Source of the DNA: Planctomycetota bacterium
Lineage (GTDB): Bacteria > Planctomycetota > Phycisphaerae > UBA1845
NCBI GenBank assembly: GCA_024276605.1
Contig: JAJRWX010000033.1
Location: 19,541 to 83,540 of the forward strand
Reading direction: 5' to 3'
DNA length: 64,000 nt
Of the stretch, positions 60,561 through 64,000 are shown piece by piece. Within the stretch, counting starts at the first letter, position 1. Every line of letters begins with the position of its first letter. Under the pieces are notes generated by a model that worked only from the letters and a program-made list of their open reading frames with translations, did no database searches and was not told the DNA's origin. A program made the position numbers and the translations under genes.

Positions 60561-61697
60561 CTACGTCGCCACCGCCGCTTTCAATGCCGCTCCACACTTT
60601 CCGCAGAACTCGAAGTTGCGTGGAATCCCCTTCGCACCGCACTCCTGACAAGTTTGTGCGTAAGGCCCCCACAAAAACTCACTCGATCCGTCCGGATCAG
60701 CCGCCCGCTCACGCATACCGACGTAGTCCGCCTTACGTTTTTCAACGAAGGCCGTCATTCCTTCGTGAGGCTCAAGACTGGTATAATGCACGGATAACCA
60801 ATCACGCGCATGCCCCACCGTCGAATGCCAAGCCGCATCCTTCCAGAAGTTGACCTGTGTCTTGGTGTAACGCGTGCATTCTGCAAATTTGTGAACGATC
60901 TGATCACAAAGATCGGACATCACTTCGTCCATACGTGAAAAGTCTATGGAGAATCCGTCCTGTTTCTTCTGCGCTTTCTTGATCTGCTCCGGCGTCGCAC
61001 GCATGTCAAAAGGTTGCTCCCATGGATCGGTATTCCAATCTGCCAGATATGTTCGACCGTTCGTGAACTGAGTGACGAACGCGCCGCCTGAATCCTTTAC
61101 AGTAGGCACAACGACATTGACCAACCCCATCGAAAGCGAAGTAAATGGACCGTATCGTTGATTGAGAAACAAGATACCGCGTGCCTTACGATCGCCGACG
61201 TGCAAGGGAAGCCATTGGGTCGAACCACCACAGGCTACCGAACCAACGCCGGTACCCACTTGCGCGATAAATGCGTGTTCACCCATCACGGAAAGATCGC
61301 AGGCCAACTGGCTTTCGTTCCCTCCGCCGACAGCCATCCCGTTCAAACGAGCAATGACAGGTTTCGAGCAATTCGTGATCGACTCAATATACGCCTTGAA
61401 GCAAGACATGTACTTCCAATAGTCGCGCGGCTTTTGCGTGTAGGACTCCTGGTATTCCTTCACATCTCCGCCCGTGCAAAAAGCACGGTCGCCGGTGCCG
61501 GTAAACACAACGACAGCAATGCGATCATCCCAGGAAGCATCCTGTAAAGCCGCGGCAAGCTCCGTGAGCGCAGGTGTGCTGTAGGCGTTGTAGTTGTGGG
61601 GACGGTCGATCGCTATGTGTGCGACCCACCCCTTCTTCTCGTAGCGAACCTCGTGCAAATCCAGCGACTCAGGCCGCTTCTGCGGGAACATGGACAT
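60561..61697 (-). CDS. oah: Crotonase-family ring hydrolase, probable 6-oxocyclohex-1-ene-1-carbonyl-CoA hydrolase, with C-terminal Zn ribbon
   Basis: YNAYST, AFCTGGDVKEY, KPVIARLNGMAVGGG, GS..GGST, KFAEC..TK..W; tail CQECG..FCGKCG. Confidence 0.8.
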   Translation of the reverse strand: MSMFPQKRPESLDLHEVRYEKKGWVAHIAIDRPHNYNAYSTPALTELAAALQDASWDDRIAVVVFTGTGDRAFCTGGDVKEYQESYTQKPRDYWKYMSCFKAYIESITNCSKPVIARLNGMAVGGGNESQLACDLSVMGEHAFIAQVGTGVGSVACGGSTQWLPLHVGDRKARGILFLNQRYGPFTSLSMGLVNVVVPTVKDSGGAFVTQFTNGRTYLADWNTDPWEQPFDMRATPEQIKKAQKKQDGFSIDFSRMDEVMSDLCDQIVHKFAECTRYTKTQVNFWKDAAWHSTVGHARDWLSVHYTSLEPHEGMTAFVEKRKADYVGMRERAADPDGSSEFLWGPYAQTCQECGAKGIPRNFEFCGKCGAALKAAVAT

Positions 61698-61733
61698 CTC
61701 GGGGCCTCCTTACTGACCAGTAGATGTATACTA

Positions 61734-61749
61734 GAACGAACGTTCGTTC
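61734..61749. promoter_or_regulatory. Perfect 16-bp palindrome, candidate TetR operator
   Basis: GAACGAAC|GTTCGTTC lies about 37 nt upstream of oah, between the operon and the divergent tetR gene. Confidence 0.7.
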
Positions 61750-61818
61750 GACAATATCAACAAAAAGCTCAAGCAGCTTAAACCATAATCAGCTACCTAA
61801 TCTATATCAATATATATA

Positions 61819-61846
61819 ATTATCGTCCTAAAATCTAGTGTGTCAA
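61819..61846 (-). promoter_or_regulatory. Candidate sigma-70 promoter for the catabolic operon
   Basis: Minus strand TTGACA-N16-GATAAT. Confidence 0.5.
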
Positions 61847-61890
61847 GTACATTATTGTACATTATTTGAGCCGTTTACGTGTATTTATGC

Positions 61891-61919
61891 TTGACAGGAT
61901 CACAGGGATGGACGATACT
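61891..61919 (+). promoter_or_regulatory. Candidate sigma-70 promoter for tetR
   Basis: TTGACA-N17-GATACT. Confidence 0.6.
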
Positions 61920-61969
61920 TAAATACACTGTCTTCTGTTCGTTTATTTGAGTTAGGCTGCGTATCTAAT

Positions 61970-62638
61970 ATGAGCGTTTCCGAACAATCGTTCGAAGCCG
62001 AGGCTACCCCGTCGCCGCCCGCCGTAACTTTCGAGGGACGCGGCACTTACGACGAAAGGCTAAATCAAATCCTCGCCGCAGCAACAGCCACATTCGCCCG
62101 GCTGGGCTATGAAAAAGCGTCCATGAGAGAGGTGGCCAAGGCCGCAGGGGTGAGCTTGGCTGGTTTGTACCACTATTTTGATGGCAAAGAAAAAATCCTA
62201 TTTTTGATCCAATTCCGTGCCTTCGGTTCTCTACAGAATAATCTAAGGGAAAAACTTCACGGCATTGATGATCCTGAATTGCAATTGCGAGCCATGATTC
62301 GCGCCCATCTCACCTACTTTGCGGCGAACATGGAGGCACTGAAAGTCTGTTCGCACGAATTGGATTCCTTAACCGGTTCCGCCTACAGCGAAACGCGACA
62401 AATTCGTCATGCCTACTACGAAATCACACGCGGCATCATTGAACGATTGATCCATACACACAACACGAACGGCAACATTGACTTACATGTCGCAACAATG
62501 GCACTCTTCGGCACGCTTAACTGGCTATATCGTTGGTATGACCCTCAACGAGGTCCGGCCGTCACAACCGTGGCTAACCAGATTGCCGATCAGTGTTTGC
62601 ACGGTTTGATTGGAACGACGAAAACCGGGGACCAATAA
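61970..62638 (+). CDS. TetR/AcrR-family regulator (KstR2/PaaR-like, CoA-ester sensing type)
   Basis: ILAAA..FARLGYEKASMREVAKAAGVSLAGLYHYF..KE; FGTLNWLYRWY. Confidence 0.93.
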   Translation: MSVSEQSFEAEATPSPPAVTFEGRGTYDERLNQILAAATATFARLGYEKASMREVAKAAGVSLAGLYHYFDGKEKILFLIQFRAFGSLQNNLREKLHGIDDPELQLRAMIRAHLTYFAANMEALKVCSHELDSLTGSAYSETRQIRHAYYEITRGIIERLIHTHNTNGNIDLHVATMALFGTLNWLYRWYDPQRGPAVTTVANQIADQCLHGLIGTTKTGDQ

Positions 62639-62721
62639 CTGTCACAGGTAGCTATTAACATAAATACGAATGTAACGACGGTATTGTTCGTAGTCGAACC
62701 CGTCGTTTGAGAGAATCGAAT

Positions 62722-63603
62722 ATGTATATTCCTTCCGTCAATTTTCATCGAACACGATCGCTTGCCGAGGCATCCGTACTACTGGAGTTCTACGGCTCCC
62801 AAAGCCGGATACTTGCCGGTGGTACTGACCTGCTCGTAGACCTTAAAGCGAAGCGAATTTCAACCGACCACCTCATCTCCATCAACCACATAGCATCACT
62901 CAAAACAATCACGGAAGAAAACGACGCGCTACGCATCGGCGCATTAACCACGATAACACAACTGGATGAATCTCAGCTTGTGCGTGATCGTTTTCCTTCC
63001 ATTGTAGACGCCACGCGCGTCATGGCTGTCCGACAGGTGCGCAACTTAGCCACCGTAGGCGGAAATATCGCCAGCGCAGTCCCTTGTGCTGATCTGCCCC
63101 CCATCCTCACGGCACTCAATGGATCAGTCGTGCTCTGGTCAAACAAAGGTGAGCGCATCGTGCCATTACGTAATTTCTTTTTGGGGCCTCGACGTACCGA
63201 CATTCACGAAGCGGAAATTCTCTCGGGCGTCATCATTCCAAACAGTGGTAGAAACTTTGGAGCTGCTTATGCCCGGTTCGGACTGCGCGAAGGTAACGCC
63301 ATCGCAGTAGCCGCCGTAGCTGCTTCGTTGACGCTATCCGCAAACGGAACCATTAACAGCGCTTGCATCACGCTCGGCGCCGTCGCCCCGATACCCAAAG
63401 TCGTCGAAGAAGCATCGAATGTGCTGTGCGGAGAAAAGCCAAGCGATGCCCTCTTCGCCAAAGCTGCCGACGCCACAGTCGCCGCTGCCGATCCGATTTC
63501 AGACGTTCGAGGTTCAGCCGCATATCGTCGTGAATTGGTCGCGGTATTAGCTCAACGGGCGTTATCAAAAGCATTACAACGAGCCGAGGAGGACGCCCAA
63601 TGA
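62722..63603 (+). CDS. Xanthine dehydrogenase family FAD-binding subunit (CoxM/CutM-like)
   Basis: LAGGTDL, IGALTT, VRNLATVGGN, ADLPP, PISDVRGSAAYR. Confidence 0.93.
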   Translation: MYIPSVNFHRTRSLAEASVLLEFYGSQSRILAGGTDLLVDLKAKRISTDHLISINHIASLKTITEENDALRIGALTTITQLDESQLVRDRFPSIVDATRVMAVRQVRNLATVGGNIASAVPCADLPPILTALNGSVVLWSNKGERIVPLRNFFLGPRRTDIHEAEILSGVIIPNSGRNFGAAYARFGLREGNAIAVAAVAASLTLSANGTINSACITLGAVAPIPKVVEEASNVLCGEKPSDALFAKAADATVAAADPISDVRGSAAYRRELVAVLAQRALSKALQRAEEDAQ

Positions 63604-64000
63604 GTGAGATCATCACATTTTGTGTAAACGGTGAACATCACACGAAACTCGTAGAGCCTCACGACACACTCGTAGACGTCCTGCGAGATGGTATGCGATT
63701 GACGGGAACCAAAAAAGGTTGCAGTGTCGGCGATTGCGGGGTGTGCACGGTGCTCATTGAGGGGCAGCCGGTCAACAGTTGCCTCGTGTTGGCTGCCGAT
63801 GTTGGCCATCAAGCCATCACGACCATTGAAGGACTAGCCACAAACTCAGAGCTAACTCCCATCCAAAAGGCTTTTGTCCACGAAGGCGGCGTTCAATGCG
63901 GATTTTGCACGCCGGGCATGGTACTCTCCGCTACCGCTCTGCTGGACAAGAACGCCACACCTACAACCGAAGAAATCAAGGACGCACTAGCCGGCAATCT
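63600..64000 (+). CDS. Xanthine dehydrogenase family 2x[2Fe-2S] subunit (partial)
   Basis: Manual translation: MSEII..LTGTKKGCSVGDCGVCTV..SCL..QCGFCTPG..LAGN. ATGA overlap with the FAD subunit stop. Confidence 0.93.
   Translation, partial: MSEIITFCVNGEHHTKLVEPHDTLVDVLRDGMRLTGTKKGCSVGDCGVCTVLIEGQPVNSCLVLAADVGHQAITTIEGLATNSELTPIQKAFVHEGGVQCGFCTPGMVLSATALLDKNATPTTEEIKDALAGN

Overview
Bacterial chromosomal window (about 52% GC by eye). It is most consistent with a Planctomycetota/Phycisphaerae genome, judging from PEP-CTERM and IPTL-CTERM proteins, an ECF sigma-Ser/Thr kinase pair and Cys-rich dockerin/cohesin-like exoproteins. The first 44 kb mix housekeeping genes (murJ, tRNA-Asp, metK, lysA, rnhA, lysC) with signalling modules and secreted proteins. 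They also carry several REP/REPIN/MITE families, including an internally deleted RAYT transposase. From 44.3 to 61.7 kb there is a minus-strand operon for anaerobic benzoyl-CoA degradation: oah-SDR-dch-had, an extra 2-hydroxyacyl-CoA dehydratase/activase pair, an unusual KPR-like/DUF2889/acyl-CoA ligase fusion, a thiolase, a reversed-order HADH/crotonase fusion and a bzdNOQP-like class I reductase. It is divergent from a TetR gene and xanthine-dehydrogenase-family subunits. Signals missed by the ORF track: a UGA-recoded UxxC selenoprotein with a SECIS-like hairpin, a sigma-54 promoter facing a globin-kinase/NtrC pair, in-frame stops in two genes, a coupled 39-aa ORF inside the reductase operon, and a gene-end duplication flanking an IPTL-CTERM gene. 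All calls come from reading motifs by eye; no searches were run.
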